This document shows, piece after piece, positions 1 to 8,151 of a DNA stretch of 64,000 nucleotides (positions are counted from its first letter, which is position 1; each line of letters begins with the position of its first letter). This DNA comes from an uncultured Candidatus Peribacteria bacterium (lineage in GTDB: Bacteria > Patescibacteriota > Gracilibacteria > UBA1369 > UBA12470). Below the pieces are notes generated by a model. It worked only from the letters and a program-made list of their open reading frames with translations, was not told the origin of the DNA and did not search any database. A program made the position numbers and the translations under genes. Location of the stretch: the NCBI GenBank assembly GCA_964344725.1, contig CAYFOI010000001.1:61762-125761 (forward strand), read 5' to 3'.

Positions 1-744
1 AGACGCAAAACCGGTTTCAGAAACAGCTTTCTCTTCAGCGACCATATCTCCATAAAACAGCTTCTCATCAAACTCAGAATAATCCTCGACGCCTAAATGA
101 TATAAGTGATTTTTATCAAAAAACTCAGCAAGTTGCCCATGAGCAGTCTCAGTATCATCAGAAGGAGGAACGATTACTCCATGCCAAGCTTCGGGCTTCA
201 ACTCTTCAGCAGCGCTATTTCTCTCAAAATCACCGGTATCTTGGTTGAAAATATAAACCTTATCCTCAAAATCTGTATAAGGCAGCATGCTCAAAAACTT
301 ATTGCCACCTTTGGTAACAACAGGGAGTGGAACATCGCCAACAACAACAACACCTACAAGATGATTATCTTCATCCTCGATATCATCCCCATCAAAATAA
401 AGCTTCTCAAGTGCATACGAAATCTCTTCGGCAGTATCACCAGGTTGAACTTGAATGATTACAGACTTGGTCATGCCAAGAGTCGACTGCACATCATATG
501 CATACCTATCAACTCTCTCCGCCAAAGTATTATCACTACTCAAATAAGAACCATACTCATCTCGAAGCCCATCATAACTATTCGAATCATTGTAAACAGT
601 ACTATCAACCAAGATAGCTACAATCCCATACTCCTCAATAACAGGCTTGCTATAAGAGAGGTCAAAAGTAATTAGCTGCGACCCAAGAAAGGCAACAATA
701 AGCCAACTCGTAAGCACTCGTTTTAGAGGAGAAGAAACTAGCAT
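1..744 (-). CDS. hypothetical exported protein, N-terminal part (ORF continues past window start)
   Basis: Not in the ORF track because there is no stop in the window. ATG at 744-742 (rc) is followed by a signal-like MLVSSPLKRVLTSWLIVAFLG. My manual translation of both ends stays open to base 1. Track ORF 106..675(+) is its low-complexity antisense shadow. Confidence 0.55.
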   Translation of the reverse strand, partial: MLVSSPLKRVLTSWLIVAFLGSQLITFDLSYSKPVIEEYGIVAILVDSTVYNDSNSYDGLRDEYGSYLSSDNTLAERVDRYAYDVQSTLGMTKSVIIQVQPGDTAEEISYALEKLYFDGDDIEDEDNHLVGVVVVGDVPLPVVTKGGNKFLSMLPYTDFEDKVYIFNQDTGDFERNSAAEELKPEAWHGVIVPPSDDTETAHGQLAEFFDKNHLYHLGVEDYSEFDEKLFYGDMVAEEKAVSETGFAS

Positions 745-821
745 TAACCTGTAATTTTTGTTTTTAGGTACAATCCGTCAACCCTAATTATATCTGATGT
801 AACAGGTTTGAGACAAACGCG

Positions 822-867
822 AAAACAAAAAATCCGAACCTGTAAAAATTAAATGACTTTACAGGTT
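822..867 (-). terminator. possible intrinsic terminator (AU-rich 10-bp stem AACCTGTAAA/TTTACAGGTT, then AUUUUUUGUUUUC on minus strand)
   Basis: Inverted repeat 837-846/858-867. The minus-strand T-run is encoded by 822-833. The stem has only 3 GC pairs, so it is weak. Confidence 0.35.
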
Positions 868-1021
868 GGTCATATCTGTTCTTATGCTTCAATGGGGATT
901 TGCTCCTTTCGTTATTAAATTTATCCAAAAGAATAAATTTAATACTTAAGGTATTCCGCTATTAGGAAGACTCACGGAGTTCATCTTCCTATCGCTGCGT
1001 AACGCAAATCTCGCCACTACC

Positions 1022-1050
1022 TAAAAAGCCCCCGCCATAAGGCAGGGGCT
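1022..1050 (-). terminator. intrinsic terminator downstream of the pilin gene
   Basis: Minus-strand RNA GCCCCUGCC-UUAU-GGCGGGGGC (9 bp, one G:U) followed by UUUUU, about 25 nt after the pilin stop. Confidence 0.75.
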
Positions 1051-1074
1051 CTAAAACTCTAGAATTCTAAAATT

Positions 1075-1596
1075 CTAATAAACTACAAAGTAATCATCCT
1101 CAGCTGCATCACCTGTAAATTCATCCATTGAAAGCTCATCATGATGATCCTCAACAGCAGGGGTATCGTAAACAAAATCATCTCCACTTTCAGCGACCTC
1201 TAAGTTAGCTGCTATAGCATATTTTGTAAGGCTAGTGCTGCCGTCTGTAGGCTCCATAAACAAAACAACATAATCACCTGCACAGCTAGCTCCGAATGCA
1301 ACGTTTGTGTTGTCATCATCTGGATCAGAAGGAATAGAACCTATAAATGTTTGCAATGTCGAAGAAAGAGTAGCAGCACAAACAGGAGTATTAACAGTAC
1401 CAATGTCGTCAAAAGTCCCATTTTCACTTAGATAATACTCAAGTCCAGTAGCAATACTCTGAAGATCTGTTTGTCTTCGAGCATCCCTAGCGCTAGCACT
1501 TCCACCAACAATCCTTGGAACAAGCGCAACAGCCAAGATACCGATAATAGTTACTACGATCAGTAACTCAATCAGCGTAAAACCTTTTTTGTTCAT
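1075..1596 (-). CDS. type IV pilin / pseudopilin (prepilin-type N-terminal cleavage/methylation domain)
   Basis: N-terminus MNKKGFTLIELLIVVTIIGILAVAL has the G|FTLIE prepilin motif plus a hydrophobic helix. It sits next to pilC/pilB. Confidence 0.85.
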   Translation of the reverse strand: MNKKGFTLIELLIVVTIIGILAVALVPRIVGGSASARDARRQTDLQSIATGLEYYLSENGTFDDIGTVNTPVCAATLSSTLQTFIGSIPSDPDDDNTNVAFGASCAGDYVVLFMEPTDGSTSLTKYAIAANLEVAESGDDFVYDTPAVEDHHDELSMDEFTGDAAEDDYFVVY

Positions 1597-1742
1597 TTTG
1601 TATTTGTTAAATATTTTATTGAAACCAAAGACAATTATACCAAGAGCTAATCTAGAAGCAAACTGTTTTTAGTTTGAAGTTTAAAAGCTTTAATTTACTC
1701 CTGCGAAAATATTTGCACGCTTCTGTTAGGAATAGACATAAT

Positions 1743-1857
1743 GCATTGTAGGAGCTAATGAGAGAATATCAGCAACGCTCCTGGTTTTCTGAGTGCGTAC
1801 ATGTTAGCACGAGGAAAACAGGAAGTGATGCCATGAACGAATTAACTCCTACAATGC
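1743..1857 (-). other. long-range 12-bp perfect inverted repeat (about 115-nt hairpin) between pilC stop and pilin start
   Basis: GCATTGTAGGAG 1743-1754 is the exact reverse complement of CTCCTACAATGC 1846-1857 (14/15 if extended). An inner imperfect stem (CTCCTGGTTTTC / GAAAACAGGAAG) lies within. The outer arm overlaps the pilC stop codon. Confidence 0.5.
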
Positions 1858-3072
1858 GTTCCCTACATCAGTAAGATTCATAATAGGCTGCATCACAGCA
1901 GCTACAAGACCTCCAACACCGACACCCATGATAACTAAGATAACAGGCTCAAGCATCTTGCTGAGACCGCTAATCATATCATCCACTTGCTCCTCATAGT
2001 AATCGGCAATTTTCTCAGCAACTTCATCGACTTTTGCAGTCTGTTCACCGATAGTAATCATCGATACAACCATATCTGGGAAAAGAAATTTAGAATCATT
2101 CAAGTTTTCACCAAGAGGAATACCTTGTGCCACATCTTCTGCAGCCATCAAAATTCTCTTTTTATAAACCTCATTCCCAACAGCACTAGCATTAATCTCC
2201 AAAGCTCTAACAATCGCAATCCCACTCCTCATAAGACTAGAAAGGTTCCTAGCGAAACGTGCAATAGCAAGTTTTCTCAGCATCTCTCCGAAAATCGGCA
2301 AATTAAGGAGTAATCTATGGATTTGATATCTACCAGTTTTAGTTTGTTTAAATAGCCAAAATCCAAGTCCCAGAATTGCAGCGACAATAATTACCTCCAC
2401 ATAAGAATGTTGTGCAATATCGCTCATTGCCATGAGAGTTTTTGTTGAGGTCGGGAGCTCTGTGCCAGATTCTTCAAAAATCCCAGAAATTTTTGGTACG
2501 ACCACAACAAGCATCACAATCAAAGCAGCAATCATGATGCAGATAACTGCAACCGGATAAATCATAGCGCCTTTCACTTTGCTCATAAGGCTAGCGCTTT
2601 TCTGGGTTTGATCGGCAATTTGTCTAAGTACGTCATTTAGCTTACCTGTAGCTTCACCGCTTCTCACCATGCCAACTTCAGCTTCTGGGAAAACTTTTGG
2701 GAAATTACCCATTGCTTCAGAAAGCTTCATGCCTTTTTCAACTTTCTTGGCCATATCTCTAATTATGAGCTTAAGTTTCACGTTTTTAGCCTGATCACTA
2801 AGAACATATAAAGCCCTTATTAAAGGGACTCCAGCATTAATCATAACAGCGAGAAGTTCAAAAAAAGTAACTTTATCCGCAATCTTAATCTTGCTCATAG
2901 ACTGCAAATACATGTTGAACTTATTGTAAAAGTCCACAATAACATTGCCACTAGACGGGACAAAATCATCATCCTGAAGAGGAGCAGCTTCGTTTAAAGC
3001 CTTAAGCCTAGCTTCATCTTCTTCGCTAAGACCTATATCTACTCTGACTTCTTGTTCTGCTTTCTCAGCCAT
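1849..3072 (-). CDS. pilC: type IV pilus / T2SS platform protein (GspF/PilC family)
   Basis: About 400 aa with two repeated GspF-type segments (AGVPLIRALYVL..., SGIAIVRALEI...) and hydrophobic TM segments. It lies immediately downstream of the PilB-type ATPase. Confidence 0.85.
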   Translation of the reverse strand: MAEKAEQEVRVDIGLSEEDEARLKALNEAAPLQDDDFVPSSGNVIVDFYNKFNMYLQSMSKIKIADKVTFFELLAVMINAGVPLIRALYVLSDQAKNVKLKLIIRDMAKKVEKGMKLSEAMGNFPKVFPEAEVGMVRSGEATGKLNDVLRQIADQTQKSASLMSKVKGAMIYPVAVICIMIAALIVMLVVVVPKISGIFEESGTELPTSTKTLMAMSDIAQHSYVEVIIVAAILGLGFWLFKQTKTGRYQIHRLLLNLPIFGEMLRKLAIARFARNLSSLMRSGIAIVRALEINASAVGNEVYKKRILMAAEDVAQGIPLGENLNDSKFLFPDMVVSMITIGEQTAKVDEVAEKIADYYEEQVDDMISGLSKMLEPVILVIMGVGVGGLVAAVMQPIMNLTDVGNAL

Positions 3073-3085
3073 CTATTAAAAAGGA

Positions 3086-4459
3086 TTAAGATTCTTGTGT
3101 TGGTGCTACCTCACTTGGTACTACCTCACTAACATTAACCTCTGCGTCGACCTTCTCCTCAACCTCCACTTCAGACTCTTCACTACTTGGCACTACCTCA
3201 CTATCATCAAGATCCTCAGTATGCCTCGCAACTCTATAAACCTCCTCAAGAGTAGTCATACCTTCAAGAGCTTTAATAACACCAGCTTGTTCAAGAGTAA
3301 CCATGCCTGCAGAATTTTTAGCAGAAGCTTCGATATCCATACTTGATGCTTTTTTCAAAATCAGTCTTCGAAGCTCATTATTCATATGAAGAACCTCATA
3401 AAGACCAACTCGTCCTTGATAACCAGAATTATCACACTTCTCACAACCTTTGCCTTGATAGAATTTTAAACCTTTTATAAGTTCCTGATCCACGTCTGCA
3501 TTTTGAGGTAAATTCCCAAGAGCTGCCTTTACAAGTTCCATAGTACTATCTTGTACCTGCATCTCCTCTTTGCAATGTTCACAAACTCTTCGTACAAGCC
3601 TTTGAGCAATAATTGTATTAATAGTAGAAGTCATCAAGAAAGGCGGAACACCCATATTGTCGATACGAGTCAAAGTCTCAACAGCACTATTCGTATGGAT
3701 TGTAGAAAGCACCAAATGACCTGTTAATGAGGCTTCGATCGCAACATCAATCGTCTCGCGATCACGAATCTCACCTACCATTATAATATCCGGATCCTGA
3801 CGCAAAGCAGTTCTAAGTCCGAACGCAAAAGTATAATCAATATCAGGATGTACTTGACTCTGATTAAGTCCATTCATCTGGATTTCCACAGGATCTTCAA
3901 TTGTAAGGATATTGACTTCGGGTTTGTTTAGCCTACTTAAAGCCGAATACAAAGTCGTTGTCTTACCTGAGCCAGTAGGCCCTGTAGTAAGAATAATCCC
4001 GTTAGGCATGCCAAGACTTTCCTCGATAAATTTAAGTGCAGATCCTCCAATACCAAGCTCAGGCAAATCCGGGATTTCACGTGATTGATCTTGAAGACGC
4101 ATTACAACTTTTTCACCATTTACAGTTGGAAGAGTAGAAACACGAAGATCCATCTCACGCCCATCAGGGGTAGTAACTTGACTCCGTCCATCTTGAGGAA
4201 TTCTTTGCTCATCAATCTTAAGATTCGACATAATCTTAATACGCGATACTACAGCAGGATGAATATTAGGTGGATATTCAACAATACGCCTAAGAACACC
4301 ATCGACTCTGAATCGAATACGTACAAGATTTTCCTCCGGCTCGATATGCACATCACTTGCACGACTATTTATAGCGTGAGAAAGCGAAGTCAAAACAAGT
4401 TGCGGAATGTTTCCCGCAATTATTGAGTCCTGTAATTCTTTAAGTTTGTCTTGAGTCAT
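3086..4459 (-). CDS. pilB: type IV pilus assembly ATPase (GspE/PilB family), short form with acidic C-terminal tail
   Basis: Walker A GPTGSGKTTT, His-box region LVLSTIHTNSA, tetracysteine CEHC...CEKC. There is no long N-terminal GSPII domain. The last ~45 aa are an E/S/V-rich tail. Confidence 0.85.
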   Translation of the reverse strand: MTQDKLKELQDSIIAGNIPQLVLTSLSHAINSRASDVHIEPEENLVRIRFRVDGVLRRIVEYPPNIHPAVVSRIKIMSNLKIDEQRIPQDGRSQVTTPDGREMDLRVSTLPTVNGEKVVMRLQDQSREIPDLPELGIGGSALKFIEESLGMPNGIILTTGPTGSGKTTTLYSALSRLNKPEVNILTIEDPVEIQMNGLNQSQVHPDIDYTFAFGLRTALRQDPDIIMVGEIRDRETIDVAIEASLTGHLVLSTIHTNSAVETLTRIDNMGVPPFLMTSTINTIIAQRLVRRVCEHCKEEMQVQDSTMELVKAALGNLPQNADVDQELIKGLKFYQGKGCEKCDNSGYQGRVGLYEVLHMNNELRRLILKKASSMDIEASAKNSAGMVTLEQAGVIKALEGMTTLEEVYRVARHTEDLDDSEVVPSSEESEVEVEEKVDAEVNVSEVVPSEVAPTQES

Positions 4460-4467
4460 ATCTTATA

Positions 4468-4520
4468 TTGAGCGCTACCGCGCCAAGTTATTTTTAGGCC
4501 TGTGCGCCTTTGGCGCGACC
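4468..4520 (-). repeat. GC-rich hairpin pair (H1 bulged hairpin copy A at 4497-4520, plus GCGC-GGTA-GCGC hairpin at 4468-4487) between two pilus genes
   Basis: Minus-strand reading is GGTCGCGCCAAAGGCGCACAGGCC. Compare the copies at 8006-8029, 39268-39291 and 55958-55981. Confidence 0.7.
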
Positions 4521-5093
4521 TTATTTTTGAAAATAAGCGTTTAATTCTAAGGAATAAGAAAGTACATCATCATCACCCGACAAATTAATAGAGATGCTAT
4601 CCACTCCCATGAGCCTCACTTGATTGTCTAAATTCCCAGATGTCTCAATATATTCCAGGAATTTATAAAAATTATCTTCACTACTTTCAACCTTCATAGA
4701 AAAAGGCAGAACCATATATTTCCCATCAGAAGATTCATTGCTGTCGTTATAATTTATACTGCTGATAAAGAAAGGATTGTTTGAAAAATTATTAGCCACA
4801 GAAAACTCATCAAAAGCTCGAGTTAAAGAAGAAATATCTTCGCTATCCGGAAAAACTCCAGCAATCTCTTCGTTTTTAGCAGCATTAGAGTCTTGGAATA
4901 CCAATTTGCTCTCAGTAATACTGTCAGAAAGTGACGAAACATTACTCTCGACATCAATAATAGTAGCCTCAAGATCCGTATTATAATTGTACAAATCCAG
5001 ATAAGCCGTAACCCGGAAAAATCCAAAAACACCTAGCCCAACTAAGAGGGCAAGTGAAAGCAAAGTTTCGATTTTATTTTTTATTTTGTCCAT
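4521..5093 (-). CDS. hypothetical single-pass membrane protein in pilus cluster (PilN/PilO-like topology)
   Basis: N-terminal TM LLSLALLVGLGVFGFF followed by a ~150-aa soluble part. The assignment rests on position and topology only. Confidence 0.5.
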   Translation of the reverse strand: MDKIKNKIETLLSLALLVGLGVFGFFRVTAYLDLYNYNTDLEATIIDVESNVSSLSDSITESKLVFQDSNAAKNEEIAGVFPDSEDISSLTRAFDEFSVANNFSNNPFFISSINYNDSNESSDGKYMVLPFSMKVESSEDNFYKFLEYIETSGNLDNQVRLMGVDSISINLSGDDDVLSYSLELNAYFQK

Positions 5094-5108
5094 TTATAAA
5101 AAAGTTAT

Positions 5109-6539
5109 TTAAGATTCATCGGTTTCTGTTGCCTCTTCCTCATCTTCAACTTCGTCTTCGTCTTTGACAGCAGGTTCCTCGCTCTCCTCACCCTCTGCTT
5201 CAGACTCCTCACTATTACTTGGTATTGTCTCACTTGGCATTACCTCACTCTCCTCAAGAACAAATGTCGCATCACGCGAATCAGTACCTTCCTGTATTTC
5301 AAATTCCAGCCTAAATCTAGCTTCATATTCATTGTTGTCATCAGAAGCATCACTTTTTGTAAAACTCCTTTCATCAACATTGATAAACAACGAAGATTGT
5401 TCAAGAGCATCAATCAAATTCACAATCAAAGTGAAATTACGAGTGTCGTCAGTAATAGCAGTACCCTGCAATGAAACAGTTTTCGCAGAAGTATCAAATC
5501 CATAAGATGAATAACTAATATCACTCGCAATAGAAGTCCCATAAAGAGGATCTACTTCTTTTGTGATGGTTTGAATTTCCTGAATTATTTCAGACCACTT
5601 TTGTCGATCCGACTTGATCTTAGAAATCACAGTGAAGTTGTCTTCAGTAATATCAGAAAGTCCATCAACAATCTCTTCAGTAGATTCAAGATCTGCCGAA
5701 ACAACTTCTTTCACAAAAGCACCATTTTTAATGAGCGCGAGAGCTCCATTAAGACCACTTATTTCTAGTTGAATATCAGCATCGTCAGCAGCATCCCCAT
5801 CTTCAAGATCTGCAATTTTATCCTCAAGATATTCCTGAGTTGCTTCCTTGAACAAAATATCTACGGATAAATCAGATTCAATCTCAACGCCACTAGGGGA
5901 TACATCTTTAGACAAACGTTCTTGAGCAAGTGACAGCGCTATAGACATATCACTTTCAAGTTCATTTATTTCAGCTTCAAGAGAATCTTTGGTATTAGAT
6001 GATGTATATGCAGATTCATACTGCGAAGTCTTGTAAATATAAGAATCCGCCATATAAGCAAAACTATCCAGATAATAGTAAGCTATCAGATAATTATTAG
6101 CATTAAACTCAGCCTGTGCTCCCATAAGTTCCTCAAGAGAGCTTTCTGAAGCAAGAGTTTGATTAAGCCCAGCCACATCAAAACTAGCGGTAGTTGTAAT
6201 ATAAGATCCGACCAATAAAAGGAGCCACAAGAAAACAACCAACTTAAGTAGACTACCTCCAAAAGAAGAAGGTCTCTCTGCAATATTTAGATTGTCAGTT
6301 TTTGGCTTTGGGCCAAGTATCGATCCTTTAGTTTCAGATTTTTTAATAACAGAATCCGCAACATCATTGTCATTTTTTTCTTTACCCTTTTCTTCGTCAA
6401 ACAAATTAGTAAAAACGTTTCCGTCCGAGCCAGTCGAGGTCTCTTTTTCGGCTTCAGGAGCGGTATCAGGCGCTTTCACCTCGTCTTTTGCTAGCTTTGG
6501 GAAAAGCTTCTTTTTGCCTTTTGAAGTTTTATCGGCCAT
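5109..6539 (-). CDS. hypothetical membrane protein in pilus cluster, charged low-complexity N- and C-termini
   Basis: 476 aa with a single TM near residue 100 (LLKLVVFLWLLLLVGSYI) and an acidic tail ...EESEVMPSETIPSNSEESEAEGEE... I recognise no domain. Confidence 0.5.
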   Translation of the reverse strand: MADKTSKGKKKLFPKLAKDEVKAPDTAPEAEKETSTGSDGNVFTNLFDEEKGKEKNDNDVADSVIKKSETKGSILGPKPKTDNLNIAERPSSFGGSLLKLVVFLWLLLLVGSYITTTASFDVAGLNQTLASESSLEELMGAQAEFNANNYLIAYYYLDSFAYMADSYIYKTSQYESAYTSSNTKDSLEAEINELESDMSIALSLAQERLSKDVSPSGVEIESDLSVDILFKEATQEYLEDKIADLEDGDAADDADIQLEISGLNGALALIKNGAFVKEVVSADLESTEEIVDGLSDITEDNFTVISKIKSDRQKWSEIIQEIQTITKEVDPLYGTSIASDISYSSYGFDTSAKTVSLQGTAITDDTRNFTLIVNLIDALEQSSLFINVDERSFTKSDASDDNNEYEARFRLEFEIQEGTDSRDATFVLEESEVMPSETIPSNSEESEAEGEESEEPAVKDEDEVEDEEEATETDES

Positions 6540-6607
6540 GACTTTTTATTTATTTTTTATCTATATATTGTACCCTAAAAACAGGGAAATAGCAAGGGTG
6601 TAGACAC

Positions 6608-6641
6608 AACAAAAAGACGAGACCACGTAAAGGGCCTCGCC
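6608..6641 (-). terminator. intrinsic terminator after rplL
   Basis: Minus-strand RNA GGCGAGGCC-loop-GGUCUCGUC (9 bp including 2 G:U) followed by UUUUUG. Confidence 0.7.
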
Positions 6642-6666
6642 TTTAAAATCCTAGAATTCTAGAACT

Positions 6667-7224
6667 CTATTTCAATGTAACAGTAGCACCAGCTTCTTCA
6701 AGCTTAGCTTTTGCAGCCTCAGCATCTTCTGTCTTAGCTCCTTCTAGAACGTTCTTTGGAGCACCATCAACGATGTCTTTAGCTTCTTTCAAACCTAGTC
6801 CAGCAAGTTCTTTTACAACCTTGATGACTGCGATCTTTTGGCCTCCAGCAGCCGTAAGCTCAACGTCATAAGAATCTTTTTCTTCAGCGCCTCCAGCATC
6901 TCCGCCAGCAGCAGCGCCTCCAGCAGGCATTGCAGCCATCATTGCAGGAGCAGCAGCGCTAACGCCGAACTCATCTTCCATAGCCTTAACAAGGTCAGCA
7001 ACCTCCATAAGAGACATCTTTTTGACCATGTCTAGAACTTTTTGAGCATCTTTTGATAGCTCTACAGGTTCTTTTTCTTCTTTTGGTTCCTCTTTTTTCT
7101 CTACTTTCTTTGGTTCTTTTTTCTCCTCCTTCTTTTCTTCCTTTGCTTCTTCAGCTGGAGCAGCTTCCTCTGCAGGAGCGTCCTCCTTTTTCTCCTCTTC
7201 AGGAGTAGTGTTTTCGTCTGCCAT
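6667..7224 (-). CDS. rplL: ribosomal protein bL12 (L7/L12) with ~55-aa K/E/P-rich N-terminal extension
   Basis: The C-terminal 130 aa align by eye to L7/L12 ([24 protein letters not shown], Ala/Gly hinge, [27 protein letters not shown]...). It is preceded by [20 protein letters not shown]...KEEKEPVEL. Confidence 0.9.
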   Translation of the reverse strand: MADENTTPEEEKKEDAPAEEAAPAEEAKEEKKEEKKEPKKVEKKEEPKEEKEPVELSKDAQKVLDMVKKMSLMEVADLVKAMEDEFGVSAAAPAMMAAMPAGGAAAGGDAGGAEEKDSYDVELTAAGGQKIAVIKVVKELAGLGLKEAKDIVDGAPKNVLEGAKTEDAEAAKAKLEEAGATVTLK

Positions 7225-7282
7225 GATAATAATGGGTTAGAATATTTTTAAAAATAAGGTAAAAACTATTAGTTCCTAGTTA

Positions 7283-7819
7283 TTAGCTACTAGTTTCTTC
7301 AGCTAATTTTGCTCGGTGAGCTTCCAAAACATAAACAAGTCCTCGAGTAACTCCAGCAAGGCTGTTTGCAAGCCCACTCATTGGAGACTTCATAGATCCA
7401 ATAAGTTTTGCAAGAAGTTCTTCTTTTGAAGGCATCTCAGATAGAGCTGTAACCTGTTCTAATGAAAGGACTTCTCCATCCATAAGCCCTCCAAGAAGCT
7501 TAAGAGCTTCATACTCTTTAGCAAGGTCAGCAATAGTTTTTGCTCCTGTAACCTCGTCTTCCGCGAAAATAGCAGCAACAGGACCTTCCATGATTTCGTC
7601 AGGGATAGAATCGTAGCCGTTATCTTTGGCAGCAATCTTAATAAGAGTCTTTTTAGCCACCTTGCATGCAACGTTTTTCTCACGAAGAACGCTTCGAACT
7701 TTCGAAATGTCTTTTACGCTTAGACCGCTATAGGCCGTAAACACAATAGATTTAGCATCTGCAAATTGTGCCTTTAGAGCGGCTAAGATTTCTTCTTTCT
7801 TTTGTCTGGTTATAGCCAT
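7283..7819 (-). CDS. rplJ: ribosomal protein uL10
   Basis: Typical L10 size and sequence (KKEEILAALKAQFADAKSIVFTAYSGLSV...), directly upstream of rplL. Confidence 0.9.
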   Translation of the reverse strand: MAITRQKKEEILAALKAQFADAKSIVFTAYSGLSVKDISKVRSVLREKNVACKVAKKTLIKIAAKDNGYDSIPDEIMEGPVAAIFAEDEVTGAKTIADLAKEYEALKLLGGLMDGEVLSLEQVTALSEMPSKEELLAKLIGSMKSPMSGLANSLAGVTRGLVYVLEAHRAKLAEETSS

Positions 7820-7907
7820 GATTTAGGTAGTTAGTAGATGTAGTGGTAGTTGTAGTAAATGGAGTTCTTCGGACAAATTATTAGTTATTACTTCCTAGTT
7901 CCTAGTT

Positions 7908-7950
7908 AAAAACAAAAAAGTCTCAAATTTTGTGCGCAGACATTTGAGAC
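7908..7950 (-). terminator. intrinsic terminator / attenuator inside the rplJ leader
   Basis: Minus-strand GUCUCAAAU-13 nt-AUUUGAGAC followed by UUUUUUGUUUUU, about 90 nt upstream of the rplJ ATG. Confidence 0.65.
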
Positions 7951-8100
7951 ATGACCCAAAGAAATGGAGATTGAGCTTCCGCTTCGCAGAAGCAGCTATC
8001 TTATTGGCCTGTGCACCTTCGGCGCGGCCTGACCAAATTCTTTTGTCTCGGCAGGTCTTATCAGGTCTCACTACGGGAGCCTGGCCTGCTGTCTGCGACC
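7951..8100 (-). promoter_or_regulatory. structured leader RNA upstream of rplJ-rplL (L10-leader-like), or a separate ~190-nt small RNA
   Basis: A GC-rich stretch between a consensus promoter and a terminator. It contains H1 hairpin copy B (8006-8029) and a GAA-loop hairpin (7974-7997). Track ORFs 7895..8212 and 7932..8246 overlap each other here and look non-coding. Confidence 0.55.
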
Positions 8101-8106
8101 GAGTGC

Positions 8107-8134
8107 ATTCTACTTTGATACTGGGCAAAGTCAA
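8107..8134 (-). promoter_or_regulatory. sigma70-type promoter TTGACT-N16-TAGAAT
   Basis: Read on the minus strand: -35 at 8134-8129 and -10 at 8112-8107. Confidence 0.6.
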
Positions 8135-8151
8135 GGTAAAATACACATCAC

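Noticed and set aside
106-675. 189-aa plus-strand ORF in the track
   Set aside because: The translation is low-complexity and Ile/Asn/Leu-rich with no motifs. It lies antisense to a much more protein-like minus-strand ORF (1-744) that has a signal peptide. I treat it as a shadow ORF.
8006-8029. H1 hairpin (GGUCAGGCC...GAAGG...ACAGGCC) as SRP RNA domain IV
   Set aside because: There is a superficial resemblance to GUCAGGUCCGGAAGGAAGCAGCC. However, the GGAA tetraloop and AGCA loop signatures are absent, the long closing helix of 4.5S RNA is not evident, and the hairpin occurs four times in 64 kb.
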